A stretch of DNA of 34,694 nt from NCBI GenBank assembly GCA_903872875.1, contig CAIQMJ010001129.1:1-34694 (forward strand), in the 5' to 3' direction. This document shows, one piece after another, positions 18,158-26,794 of the stretch (positions are counted from its first letter, which is position 1; every line of letters starts with the position of its first letter). The DNA comes from an uncultured Variovorax sp. (GTDB lineage Bacteria > Pseudomonadota > Gammaproteobacteria > Burkholderiales > Burkholderiaceae_C). Below the pieces are notes generated by a model. The model saw nothing but the letters and a program-made list of their open reading frames with translations. It made no database searches and was not told the DNA's origin. Position numbers and translations under genes: made by a program.

Positions 18158-19135
18158 TCAGTCCAACTTGGCGTTGGCCGCATTCACGCGCTGGCGCTGC
18201 TTGGGAGCGGCATCAGCGATGAACTTACGAAAGTCCTCCGGCGTATCGGCGACGGTGATGTAGCCGTCGCGAAAGGTGTGCTTCTCCTCGAAGGCCCGGT
18301 CCGTGACCACGGCGCGCGTGTCGCGGGCGATGCGGTCGACGATGGCCTTGGGCGTGCCCGCGGGCGCCGCCATCACCATGAAGAGGTTCATGTCCAGGTC
18401 CGGCATGCCGAGCTCGGCGACCGAGGGCACGTCGGGCAGGCCCGCGAAGCGCGTGCGGCCGATGATGGCGACCGCCTTGATGCGGCCGTCCTTGATGTGC
18501 TGCTCGACCAGCGTGACCGGCGACACCGTAGTGTCCACCGTGCCGGCCAGCACCGCATGCACCGCGGGCGCGGTGCCGCTGTAGGGCACGTGGATGAACT
18601 CGAAGCCGTTCTGCACCGCGAGCCAGTTCATGCGCAGGTGCTGTATTGTTCCCGCGCCCGGCGAGCCGTAGCTCACGGCGCCCGTGTGCGCCTTGGCATA
18701 GACGATGAAATCGCGCAGCGACGACACCGGCAGGCTGGCGCGCACCACCATCACGTCGATGCCCTCATTGACGCGAACGATTGGTGTCAGGTCCTTCGCC
18801 TCGTAGGGCAGCTTCGAATACAGCAGCGGGTTGAGCGTCAGCGCAGTGTCGGTGCCGAAGAACAGTGTGTAGCCGTCCGGCGCCGCCTTGGCGACGGCGT
18901 TGGCGCCCACGATCTCGGAGGCGCCGGCCCGGTTCTCGACGATGACGGGCTGGCTCCAGGTGAAGACCCGGCGCTGCGCCACGGCTCGCGCATGGATGTC
19001 GGTGATGCCGCCAGGGCTGTAGGGCACGACGATCTTGACCGGGCGCACCGGATAGCTTTCCTGCGCCTGCACGGCCGCGGCGGCGCACCAGAGCGCGGCC
19101 ACGAGAAGGAGGTGGCACCGACGAAGAAGGGACAT
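18158..19135 (-). CDS. Tripartite tricarboxylate transporter substrate-binding protein (TctC/Bug)
   Basis: Signal peptide, YPVRPVKIVVPYSPGGITD, VENRAGA, APDGYTL, HVPYSG. Confidence 0.93.
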   Translation of the reverse strand: MSLLRRCHLLLVAALWCAAAAVQAQESYPVRPVKIVVPYSPGGITDIHARAVAQRRVFTWSQPVIVENRAGASEIVGANAVAKAAPDGYTLFFGTDTALTLNPLLYSKLPYEAKDLTPIVRVNEGIDVMVVRASLPVSSLRDFIVYAKAHTGAVSYGSPGAGTIQHLRMNWLAVQNGFEFIHVPYSGTAPAVHAVLAGTVDTTVSPVTLVEQHIKDGRIKAVAIIGRTRFAGLPDVPSVAELGMPDLDMNLFMVMAAPAGTPKAIVDRIARDTRAVVTDRAFEEKHTFRDGYITVADTPEDFRKFIADAAPKQRQRVNAANAKLD

Positions 19136-19147
19136 GGATGTCTCCAG

Positions 19148-19209
19148 GGACAGAGGGGAAAGGAAAGGAAAGGGAAGGGCGCGCGCCGCCGTCGCATGGC
19201 GGCACGCGC
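19148..19209 (-). terminator. GC-rich hairpin followed by a C/U-rich tract; weak terminator/attenuator or RNA-stability element between araC and tctC
   Basis: 12-bp stem 19179-19190/19198-19209 (one G-U pair on the minus strand), 7-nt loop, then CCTTCCCTTTCCTTTCCTTTCCCCTCT instead of a clean poly-U. Confidence 0.4.
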
Positions 19210-19220
19210 GGGGCAGGCGC

Positions 19221-20069
19221 TTAGCGCCGCGCGAGCGCGTAGGTACTCGGCGTGACGCCCACGATGCGCCGGAAGTAGCGCGTGAAGTGGCTCTGGTCGA
19301 AGAAGCCCGTCTGCCTCGCGACCTGCGCGTTCGATGCCCCGCCCAGGATCAGCGCCTTGGAGCGCTCGACGCGGATCTGGTTGTGGAAGGCGTGCGGCGG
19401 CATCCCCACGTGGTGCGCGAACAACCGGTTGAAGTGGTACGGGCTGCTGTGCGCGAGATCGGCCAGTTGCGTGAGGCTGATGTTCTCGCTGTAGTTGGAG
19501 ACGATGAAGTCGCGCGCCCGCAGCATCTTGGCGCGCAGGCGCTCGCGGCAGGTGTCGGCGGCGGCCGCGACGGCGAAGTCGCCGATCAGCCGCGCGAGCA
19601 CCGCGCACAGGCGCGATTCCTTCTCGTGCTCGGCCGCGTCGGTCTCGCACAGCGCATGCATCCGCTCGAAGGCGGCGATGAAGCTGGCGTCCGAGATCAC
19701 GAGATTCTCGAACACCGGCATGCCCGCGCCTTCGCCGAACACGGTGCGGGCGATGGCCAGCATGCGTTCGGGCTCGACGTACATGAGCCGCGAGCGGCCA
19801 TCGGTCTGCCGCCCCCCCACCTGGTTGACGCTGTGCACCTCCTGCGGCGGGAACACGATGATGCTGCCCGGCGGCGCAATCCAGATGCGTCCGCGGCACG
19901 TGTATTCGCCGGGGTCGCGGGTGGTGATGCCGATCTGGAAGTCGGTATGCGAATGCGGCGGCAAGGCCGTCGGTTCGCCGGTGTGCAGCTCGAGCAGGAC
20001 GCCCGCGCTGCGCCAGCCTTTGACGCGGCTCGGGCCTAACGGCTCGACCGTCGTTTTCTGATGGTTCAT
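19221..20069 (-). CDS. AraC family transcriptional regulator (cupin ligand-binding domain + double HTH)
   Basis: PHSHTDFQIG...PPQEVH; ISLTQLADLAHSSPYHFNRLF..HVGMPPH; GFFDQSHFTRYFRRIVGVTP; AAGGAG RBS upstream. Confidence 0.95.
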   Translation of the reverse strand: MNHQKTTVEPLGPSRVKGWRSAGVLLELHTGEPTALPPHSHTDFQIGITTRDPGEYTCRGRIWIAPPGSIIVFPPQEVHSVNQVGGRQTDGRSRLMYVEPERMLAIARTVFGEGAGMPVFENLVISDASFIAAFERMHALCETDAAEHEKESRLCAVLARLIGDFAVAAAADTCRERLRAKMLRARDFIVSNYSENISLTQLADLAHSSPYHFNRLFAHHVGMPPHAFHNQIRVERSKALILGGASNAQVARQTGFFDQSHFTRYFRRIVGVTPSTYALARR

Positions 20070-20104
20070 TCCATTGCTCCTTGGAAGACCCGCATTGCAC
20101 AACT

Positions 20105-20150
20105 GGCCAAAGCATTTGAAAATTTTATTTTTGTTATCGACCTATAAGTC
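20105..20150. promoter_or_regulatory. AT-rich divergent promoter region with LysR-type dyad TTAT-N6-ATAA (20134-20147)
   Basis: AT-rich island between divergent araC and lysR starts; contains a T-N11-A arrangement next to the lysR ATG. Confidence 0.45.
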
Positions 20151-21074
20151 ATGAACTTCACCCTGCGCCAGCTCGATGCCTTTCTCGAAGTGGCCCGCAG
20201 CCGCAACTTCTCGCGCGCGGCGGCCACGCTGCACGTGTCGCAGCCGGCGCTGACGCTGATGATCCAGAAACTGGAGCGCCAGCTCGACGTGGTGCTGTTC
20301 GAACGCCAGGCGCGCGGCGCCGAGCTCACCACCGCCGGCCGGGAGCTCTTGCCCGACGTGCAGCGTGCCGTCACCACGCTGCAGGACCTGACGCGCGACC
20401 TGCACGACGCGTCCAGGCCGCGCGGCGGCCTGGTGACGATCGCCAGCATGCCTTCGCTCTGCTCCGACGTGCTGCCCCGGCTGGTGGCGGAGTTCGTCGG
20501 GCTGCATCCGCAGATCCGCATCGTGCTCAAGGACGCGATGACCGAGAACCGCACGCTGGTGAACATGGTGCGCATCGGCGACATCGACTTCGGCTTCAGC
20601 AGCTTCACCGACGACGGCGAGGGGCTACTGTTCCAGCCGGTGGTGCGCGACGCGATGGTGGCGGTGGTGGCGCGCGACCATGTGCTGGCGCGGCGCAAGA
20701 AGCTGCGCTGGAAAGAGCTGTCGCAGTACCCGCTCATCGGCATGGGGTACATGAGTCACGTGCGCGTGCTGGTCGACCAGGCCTTCGCGCACAACGGGCT
20801 CGCCAAGCGCCCCGCCTACGAGGCCGGGCTGGTGGCCACCGCCGTGGGCATGGCGCGCGCCGGCATGGGCATCACGGTGGTGCCCGACACCGCCGCCATG
20901 GCCTGCAACCTCGAGGGCGTGGTGCGCATCGCCTTGACCGAGCCAACCGCGTACCGTCCGCTGGGCTTCATCTACGAGGAGCGGCGCGGCCTGAGCCCGG
21001 CTGCGTCGCTGCTGATGCAGTTCTTAAGGGAGCGAACGCCGCAGCTGTGGGCCGACAGGCGGCAGACGGTCTAG
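20151..21074 (+). CDS. LysR family transcriptional regulator
   Basis: MNFTLRQLDAF...NFSRAAATLHVSQPALT..IQKLE..L...LFER...LTTAG; C-terminal substrate-binding domain. Confidence 0.96.
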   Translation: MNFTLRQLDAFLEVARSRNFSRAAATLHVSQPALTLMIQKLERQLDVVLFERQARGAELTTAGRELLPDVQRAVTTLQDLTRDLHDASRPRGGLVTIASMPSLCSDVLPRLVAEFVGLHPQIRIVLKDAMTENRTLVNMVRIGDIDFGFSSFTDDGEGLLFQPVVRDAMVAVVARDHVLARRKKLRWKELSQYPLIGMGYMSHVRVLVDQAFAHNGLAKRPAYEAGLVATAVGMARAGMGITVVPDTAAMACNLEGVVRIALTEPTAYRPLGFIYEERRGLSPAASLLMQFLRERTPQLWADRRQTV

Positions 21075-22069
21075 TCGAGCGCGCCGCTGCGCACCGGCGC
21101 CTGCATCGGCAGGTCGGTGCCCAGGCCGTGCTCGCGCGCGAGCGCCAACACCTGCGCGGCGGTGTAGACGTCCTGCAGGCCCATCCCGTGCGATTCAAAC
21201 AGCGTGATCTGCTCCGCGTCGCGGCGGCCTTCGCGCACGCCGGCGACGACCTCGCCCAGTTCCGCCAGGCGCTGCCAGTGCAAGAGACCCGCCTCGACCG
21301 CGGGCAGTAGGTCGCCGCATTCGCGCTCGGTGATCTCGCGCGAATCGACCACCACGAGATCGGCGCGGCGCACGGTTTCCAGGTCGATTTCGCGACGGTC
21401 CAGGCTGTTGCCGCCCGCCGCGGCGACGAACTGGCCGGGTTCGAGCCAGCGCCCGTCGAACAGCGGCTCCGAGGCGCGTGTCATCGCGACCACGATGTCG
21501 CTGCCGCGCACGGTTTCCTCGGGCGACGCCGCCGGCCTCACGTTCACGCCGAGGCGCGCGCTCATTGCATCGCAGAAGGTGCGCACGGCGGCGGTGTCGC
21601 GGCCATGCACCTTCACCTCGGCCAACGGGCGCACTGCGCACACCGCCTCGAGTTGCGCGACCGCCTGGCGGCCGTAGCCGAAGAACCCGGCCACGCGCGA
21701 ATCCTCGCGCGCGAGCCGCGCCGCCGCTACGCCGGTCGCCGCGCCAGTGCGCACGCGGCCGAGCCAGTCCGCTTCGACCAGCGCGACCAGGTGGCCCTGC
21801 GCGAGGTCGATCAGCTGGATCAGCGAGGTGCTCGCCTTGCCGGGCACGACGTAGTAGGCCTTCAGGCCGATCAGCCCGAGCTCGGGCGCGGCCGCCTGCA
21901 GCACGTGCAGATGGGCGCCGGGCTGGCGCGTGCGCACGCGCGGCGTATCGACCGCCTCGCCGCGGCCGTGGGCCGCGAACGCGCGCTCGACCTCGCGCAA
22001 GGCCAGCGGCATGTCCAGCAGCTGGCGCACGTCCGCTTCAGACAGGTAGCGCACCAGGACGTTTTTCAT
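21071..22069 (-). CDS. Ornithine cyclodeaminase / mu-crystallin family protein
   Basis: YLSEADV, GLKAY, GRVRTGAATGVA, GYGRQA, REID, ITLFESHGMGLQD. Confidence 0.92.
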   Translation of the reverse strand: MKNVLVRYLSEADVRQLLDMPLALREVERAFAAHGRGEAVDTPRVRTRQPGAHLHVLQAAAPELGLIGLKAYYVVPGKASTSLIQLIDLAQGHLVALVEADWLGRVRTGAATGVAAARLAREDSRVAGFFGYGRQAVAQLEAVCAVRPLAEVKVHGRDTAAVRTFCDAMSARLGVNVRPAASPEETVRGSDIVVAMTRASEPLFDGRWLEPGQFVAAAGGNSLDRREIDLETVRRADLVVVDSREITERECGDLLPAVEAGLLHWQRLAELGEVVAGVREGRRDAEQITLFESHGMGLQDVYTAAQVLALAREHGLGTDLPMQAPVRSGALD

Positions 22070-22230
22070 TTCAATTGTTCCATGGCGCCGAGCGCCGTCC
22101 AGGACCCATGAACCCATCGCATGCCCCCTTTCGTGAAACACCGAGGAACCGGCTTTGCCGGGCTGCTGGTGTGTTGCCCCGAGCAGGGGTGGGAGAAGCG
22201 ACACGAATTGCGCGCAGCTGGGGGCGAGCT

Positions 22231-23709
22231 CTATTTCAGGATGTCGCCAAGACACAGGTATTTGATCTCCAGGTATTCCTCGATGCCGTGGTGCGAGCCT
22301 TCGCGCCCCAGCCCCGATTGCTTGACGCCGCCGAAGGGTACATGCTCGGTGGCGATCACGCCGGCGTTGATGCCGACCATGCCCGATTCCAGTGCCTCGC
22401 CCACGCGGAAGATGCGGCCGATGTCGCGGCTGTAGAAGTAGCTCGCCAGGCCGAACTCGCTCGCGTTGGCCGCCTCGATGGCCTGCTGTTCGGTGTCGAA
22501 GCGGAAGATCGGCGCGAAGGGGCCGAAGGTTTCCTCCTTGGCGCAGAGCATGTCGGCATGGGCGTCCGCCACCACGGTCGGCTCGAAGAACTGGCCGCGC
22601 GCCGCGACGCCGCCGGTGACCAGCCGCGCACCCTTCTTCAGCGCGTCGTCCAGGTGCCGCTGCACCTTCTGCACCGCCGCGGGTTCGATTAGCGGCCCGA
22701 GCACAACGCCCGGCTCGAAGCCGTTGCCGACCTTCAGTGCCTTGGCCTTGGCCGCGAACTTGGCAACGAATTCCTCATACACGCCCGACTGCACGTAGAT
22801 GCGGTTGGCGCACACGCAGGTCTGGCCGGCATTGCGGTACTTGCTGGCGATGGCGCCGTCCACTGCCGCATCGATGTCCGCGTCGTCGAACACGATGAAT
22901 GGCGCATTGCCGCCGAGCTCGAGCGACATCTTCTTGACCGTCGGCGCGCTCTGCGCCATCAAAATGCGGCCGACTTCGGTGCTGCCGGTGAAGCTCAGGT
23001 GCCGCACGGTGTCGCTCGCGCAGAGCACCTTGCCGACCGCGATGCTGTTGTCGGCATCGGCCGTGATCACGTTCAGCACGCCTGCTGGAATGCCAGCACG
23101 GCGCGCCAGCTCGACGGCAGCGAGCGCGGTCAGCGGCGTCTGCTCGGCGGGCTTGAGGATCACGCTGCAGCCGGCGGCCAGGGCTGGTGCGCACTTGCGG
23201 GTGAACATCGCGAGAGGAAAGTTCCACGGCGTGATGGCCGCGCACACGCCGATCGGCTGGCGCAGCACCAGCAGTCGCCGGTTGCTGTCGAACTGCGGCA
23301 GTGTCTCGCCGTTCACGCGTTTGGCCTCTTCGGCGAACCACTCCACGAAGGACGCGGCATAGGCGACCTCGCCGCGCGCCTCGGCCAGCGGCTTGCCCTG
23401 CTCGGTGGTCATGATGGTGGCGAGGTCGTCGGCGTTCGCGAGCAGCAGCTCGAACCAGCGCAGCAGCAGGGCATGGCGCGTCTTGGCGGTTTCGGCACGC
23501 CAAGCGGGCAGTGCGGCCGCTGCTGTCCGGATCGCGGCCTGTGCGTCGTCCGGCCTCAGGTTGGCCACGTCGGCCAGGTGCGCGCCGGTGGCGGGGTCGT
23601 GCACGGCAAAGCCGGTGCGCCCGGCGGTCCACTCGCCGCCGATGAAGGCACGGGTCTGGAGAAGCGTCGGGTCCTTGAGCTGTGCGCCCAGTGTGGTTGC
23701 ATTTGTCAT
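22231..23709 (-). CDS. gabD: NAD(P)-dependent succinate-semialdehyde dehydrogenase (GabD-type ALDH)
   Basis: EQGKPLAEARGE, ITPWNFP, SFTGSTEVG, SLELGGNAPFIVFDDAD, YRNAGQTCVCANR, EETFGP, PFGGVKQSGLGREGS. Confidence 0.9.
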   Translation of the reverse strand: MTNATTLGAQLKDPTLLQTRAFIGGEWTAGRTGFAVHDPATGAHLADVANLRPDDAQAAIRTAAAALPAWRAETAKTRHALLLRWFELLLANADDLATIMTTEQGKPLAEARGEVAYAASFVEWFAEEAKRVNGETLPQFDSNRRLLVLRQPIGVCAAITPWNFPLAMFTRKCAPALAAGCSVILKPAEQTPLTALAAVELARRAGIPAGVLNVITADADNSIAVGKVLCASDTVRHLSFTGSTEVGRILMAQSAPTVKKMSLELGGNAPFIVFDDADIDAAVDGAIASKYRNAGQTCVCANRIYVQSGVYEEFVAKFAAKAKALKVGNGFEPGVVLGPLIEPAAVQKVQRHLDDALKKGARLVTGGVAARGQFFEPTVVADAHADMLCAKEETFGPFAPIFRFDTEQQAIEAANASEFGLASYFYSRDIGRIFRVGEALESGMVGINAGVIATEHVPFGGVKQSGLGREGSHHGIEEYLEIKYLCLGDILK

Positions 23710-23718
23710 GGCGTTTCC

Positions 23719-24615
23719 TTACTGCGCGGAGGTCGGTGTCACTGCGGGCCCGAAGCGGTAGAGCTGCGCCGGGTTGTCGCAGAGGATGGCGTCGCGCAGC
23801 GCCTTGTCGGGCACCCACTGCGGCAGCAGGTTGAGCAAGTCGCCGTCGTTCGGAATGGCGCCGGGCTCGCGCACGTGCGGCCAGTCGGTGCCCCACACGA
23901 GATGGTTGGCGCCGGCCTCGACCAGCGCGTGCGCGAACGGCACCACGCTGGCATAGGGCGGTATCGGGTCGCCCATGCGGTTGGCGCCCGAGAGCTTGCA
24001 CCAGGTGCGCCCGCCCCGCAGCAGCGCGAGCAGGGCCTGGAAGCCGGGGTCGTCGATGCCGGCCGAGGTCGGCATTCGGCCGATGTGGTCGATGACTACC
24101 TCGACAGGCAGGCGCGCGATCAGTGGCAGCAGTTCGGGCAGGTATCGCGCGTCCGCCAGCAACTGCACGTGCCAGCCGAAGGGCGCGATGCGCCGCGCGA
24201 TGTCTTCCACGTCCTGCCATGCATTGGGGTGGCCGAAGATGAAGTTAAAGCGCACGCCGCGAAAGCCCGCGGCGTCCAGTTCAGCGATGCGCGCCGCGGT
24301 GATTGTGTTGTCCACCAGCGCGATGCCGCGCCATTGCCCGCGCGATGCCTGCAGCGCATCGAGCGTGACCGAGACGTCGGTGCCGTAGGCGCCAGAATGC
24401 ACGATCACGGCGCGCTGAAGTCCCAGCGTGGAGAGCATGCGGCGGTAGTTCTCGATGCCGGCCTTGGGCGGGTTGAAGGTGCGCTTCGGGTCGAGCGGAT
24501 AGCGCTCGGGCGGGCCGAAGATGTGCGCGTGGGAGTCGCATGCGCCCGGCGGCACGGCGAACGAGGGAGGAGTGAGCTGCGTGTGCGGCTCTTGCGATTC
24601 GAGCAGGGTGGTCAT
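23719..24615 (-). CDS. Amidohydrolase superfamily protein, LigI/Gli-like lactonase or lactone isomerase
   Basis: CDSHAHIFG, AYGTD, RGVRFN, GWHVQ, IDHIGR, CKLSG, WGTDWPH, DNPAQLY. Confidence 0.9.
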   Translation of the reverse strand: MTTLLESQEPHTQLTPPSFAVPPGACDSHAHIFGPPERYPLDPKRTFNPPKAGIENYRRMLSTLGLQRAVIVHSGAYGTDVSVTLDALQASRGQWRGIALVDNTITAARIAELDAAGFRGVRFNFIFGHPNAWQDVEDIARRIAPFGWHVQLLADARYLPELLPLIARLPVEVVIDHIGRMPTSAGIDDPGFQALLALLRGGRTWCKLSGANRMGDPIPPYASVVPFAHALVEAGANHLVWGTDWPHVREPGAIPNDGDLLNLLPQWVPDKALRDAILCDNPAQLYRFGPAVTPTSAQ

Positions 24616-24643
24616 GAAGGTCTGAAGGGTCGAGGGGAGAAAT

Positions 24644-25612
24644 TCAGTTGGCGGTGGCGCCGGACTTGCGGATGATCTCGGCCCACTTGGGCAACTCGGC
24701 AACGATGGTTTGGCTGAAGGCCTGCGGCGTGGAAGCCTGCGGCTCGGCACCGAGCGAGGCGAGCTTTTCCGAGACGTCGGGCATGCGCATGATCTTCATG
24801 AGCTCCGCACGCAGCCGCGAGACGATCGGCGCGGGCGTGCCGGCCGGCGCCATGATCCCGAACCACGACACCACGTCGAAGCCCGGCAGGCCCGATTCGG
24901 AAATGCTCGGCAGGTCGGGCAGCGCCGCCACGCGTTGCGCGCTGCCGACGGCGAGCGCGCGCAGCTTGCCGCTCTGCACATGCGGCAGCACGGCGGGAAT
25001 CTGCTCGAACATCATGTCGACCTGGCCGCCCATGAGGTCGGTCAGCGCGGGTGCGCTGCCCTTGTAGGGCACGTGGCCGATGTCGACCCCGGCCATCGAC
25101 TTGAACACTTCGCCCGCCAGGTGCGGCGTGGCGCCGACGCCGCTCGATGCGAAGTTCAGCTTGCCGGGTCTGGCCTTGGCCAGCGCGATGAGTTCGGCGA
25201 CGTTCTTGGCCGGCACCTTCTCGTTCACCACCAGCATGGTGGGGATGGTCGCGATGATCGAGACCGGTGCGAAGTCGCGCACGGAGTCGTAGCCGAGCTT
25301 GGGCTGCAGCGCCGGCACGATGACGATCGGCCCCGAGGACGCGAGCAGCAGCGAGTAGCCGTCGGGCGCCGACCTGGCCACGTTCTCCGCGCCGATCATG
25401 CCGCCCGCGCCGGCGCGGTTGTCCACGATCATGGGCTGGTCCAGCGCTTCGCCGAGCTTCTGCGCGACCAGGCGCGCGACGATGTCGGTGCTGCCGCCCG
25501 GCGGGAACGGAACCACCAGCCGCAGCGGCCGGACGGGATAGGCCTGCGCCATGGCGCCGAGCGTTGCGGCCAGCGATAGCATCAGGGCCGTGCGGCGAGT
25601 GAGGGAAGTCAT
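24644..25612 (-). CDS. TctC/Bug substrate-binding protein
   Basis: YPVRPLRLVVPFPPGGSTDIVAR, DNRAGAGG, PDGYSLL, HVPYKGSAPA. Confidence 0.95.
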   Translation of the reverse strand: MTSLTRRTALMLSLAATLGAMAQAYPVRPLRLVVPFPPGGSTDIVARLVAQKLGEALDQPMIVDNRAGAGGMIGAENVARSAPDGYSLLLASSGPIVIVPALQPKLGYDSVRDFAPVSIIATIPTMLVVNEKVPAKNVAELIALAKARPGKLNFASSGVGATPHLAGEVFKSMAGVDIGHVPYKGSAPALTDLMGGQVDMMFEQIPAVLPHVQSGKLRALAVGSAQRVAALPDLPSISESGLPGFDVVSWFGIMAPAGTPAPIVSRLRAELMKIMRMPDVSEKLASLGAEPQASTPQAFSQTIVAELPKWAEIIRKSGATAN

Positions 25613-25647
25613 CGGTGGGTCTTCGGTCGAGCTGGAGGAAGGCCACG

Positions 25648-25690
25648 ATGGTTTCGCAGGAGCGCGATGCGGCGCTTGGAGGTTGTTGCG
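25648..25690 (-). promoter_or_regulatory. Conserved box CGCAACAACCTCCAAG (25690-25675) + 21 nt + -10-like AACCAT
   Basis: Member of the five-copy motif; upstream of tctC-lactonase-gabD. Confidence 0.65.
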
Positions 25691-25726
25691 CACTTGGCAT
25701 CGCACGGGCCGGCCCGCGCGGCGCTG

Positions 25727-25769
25727 CGCAATAACGTACAAGGCGCCGCGGTGCGGGCGTTCGAATAAT
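25727..25769 (+). promoter_or_regulatory. Conserved box CGCAATAACGTACAAG (25727-25742) + 21 nt + -10-like AATAAT
   Basis: 17/18 identical to 31566-31583; upstream of tctC-garL-araD operon. Confidence 0.72.
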
Positions 25770-25816
25770 CGCCGCCGGCTCCGCTTCTGGAGCCGAGTTG
25801 CCTCACCGGACGCCCC

Positions 25817-26794
25817 ATGAAACTCCTTCGACGCATCAGCCAGGCACTGCTGGCCTTGTGCCTGGCCGCCGCCGTGCTTCCCGCCGCCGCGCAATGGCAG
25901 CCCGCGCGGCCGCTGCGGCTGGTGTCGCCGTATTCCGCGGGGGGCGCCAACGACCTGCTGTCGCGGCTCATCGGGCAGAAGCTCGGCGAGCGGCTGGGCC
26001 AGAGCGTCATCGTGGACAACCGGCTAGGCGCCAACGGGATCATCGGCGTCGACTTTGTCGCCAAGTCGCCAGCCGACGGCTACACGCTGCTGATGGGCAG
26101 CCTCGCCACGCACGCGATCAACCCCGCGCTGTATGCAAGGCTCCCCTACGACGCGTTGCGCGACTTCACGCCGGTCGGGCTGATCGCCACCGTGCCGCTG
26201 CTGCTGGTAGTGAACCCTGCGCTGCCGGTGGCGAACGTCAAGGACCTGGTGGCGATGGCCAAGGCCAAGCCCGGCGCGGTCAGCACGGCTTCGCCCGGGC
26301 TCGGATCGTCGCCGCACCTGGCGAGCGAACTCTTCCGTGGCGCGGCGGGCGTGGACATCGTGCACGTGGCCTACAAGGGCGATGCGCCCGCGGTGGCCGA
26401 CGTGATCGGCGGGCAGGTGACCGCGATCTTCGCCAACATGCCGTCCGCATTGCCCTTCGTGCAGTCGGGCCGGCTCAAGGCGCTGGCCATGACCGGCACC
26501 CGCCGCACAGCAGTCGCGCCCGACATTCCCACCATGGCCGAGGCGGGCGTGCCCGGCGTCGATATCTCGACTTGGTACGGCCTCTTCGCGCCCGGCAACC
26601 TGCCCGCCGACGTGCTCGCGCGCCTGAGCACCGAGCTGGACGCCGTTTTGCGCCTGCCCGAGGTGCAGCAGCGCATCCGCCAGCTCGGCGCCGAGCCCGG
26701 AGCCGGCGACCAGCCGAAGTTCCAGCGCCAGCTGGCCGCCGACATCGCGAAATACGCCAAGGTCGTCGCGGCCGCGGGCGTGAAGCTGGAATGA
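25817..26794 (+). CDS. TctC/Bug substrate-binding protein
   Basis: Signal peptide, RPLRLVSPYSAGGANDLL, DNRLGANGIIG, HVAYKGD; close paralog of 31636-32616. Confidence 0.95.
   Translation: MKLLRRISQALLALCLAAAVLPAAAQWQPARPLRLVSPYSAGGANDLLSRLIGQKLGERLGQSVIVDNRLGANGIIGVDFVAKSPADGYTLLMGSLATHAINPALYARLPYDALRDFTPVGLIATVPLLLVVNPALPVANVKDLVAMAKAKPGAVSTASPGLGSSPHLASELFRGAAGVDIVHVAYKGDAPAVADVIGGQVTAIFANMPSALPFVQSGRLKALAMTGTRRTAVAPDIPTMAEAGVPGVDISTWYGLFAPGNLPADVLARLSTELDAVLRLPEVQQRIRQLGAEPGAGDQPKFQRQLAADIAKYAKVVAAAGVKLE

Noticed and set aside
18950-18985. Atypical segment AQRRVFTWSQP in the TctC at 18158-19135 as a pseudogene lesion
   Set aside because: The frame stays open and all flanking motifs are intact; simple divergence is sufficient.
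22070-22230. Possible sixth box (CGCAATTCGTGTCG, minus strand) upstream of the OCD gene
   Set aside because: Matches only the left half; lacks the CWAG end and a properly spaced -10-like hexamer.
25798-26790. Long N-terminal extensions in the ORF track (GarL 599 aa, MmgE 541 aa, CitE 429 aa, TctC 416 aa) as fusion proteins
   Set aside because: The extensions overlap upstream genes or promoters in another frame; downstream ATGs match the family N-termini and operon coupling.
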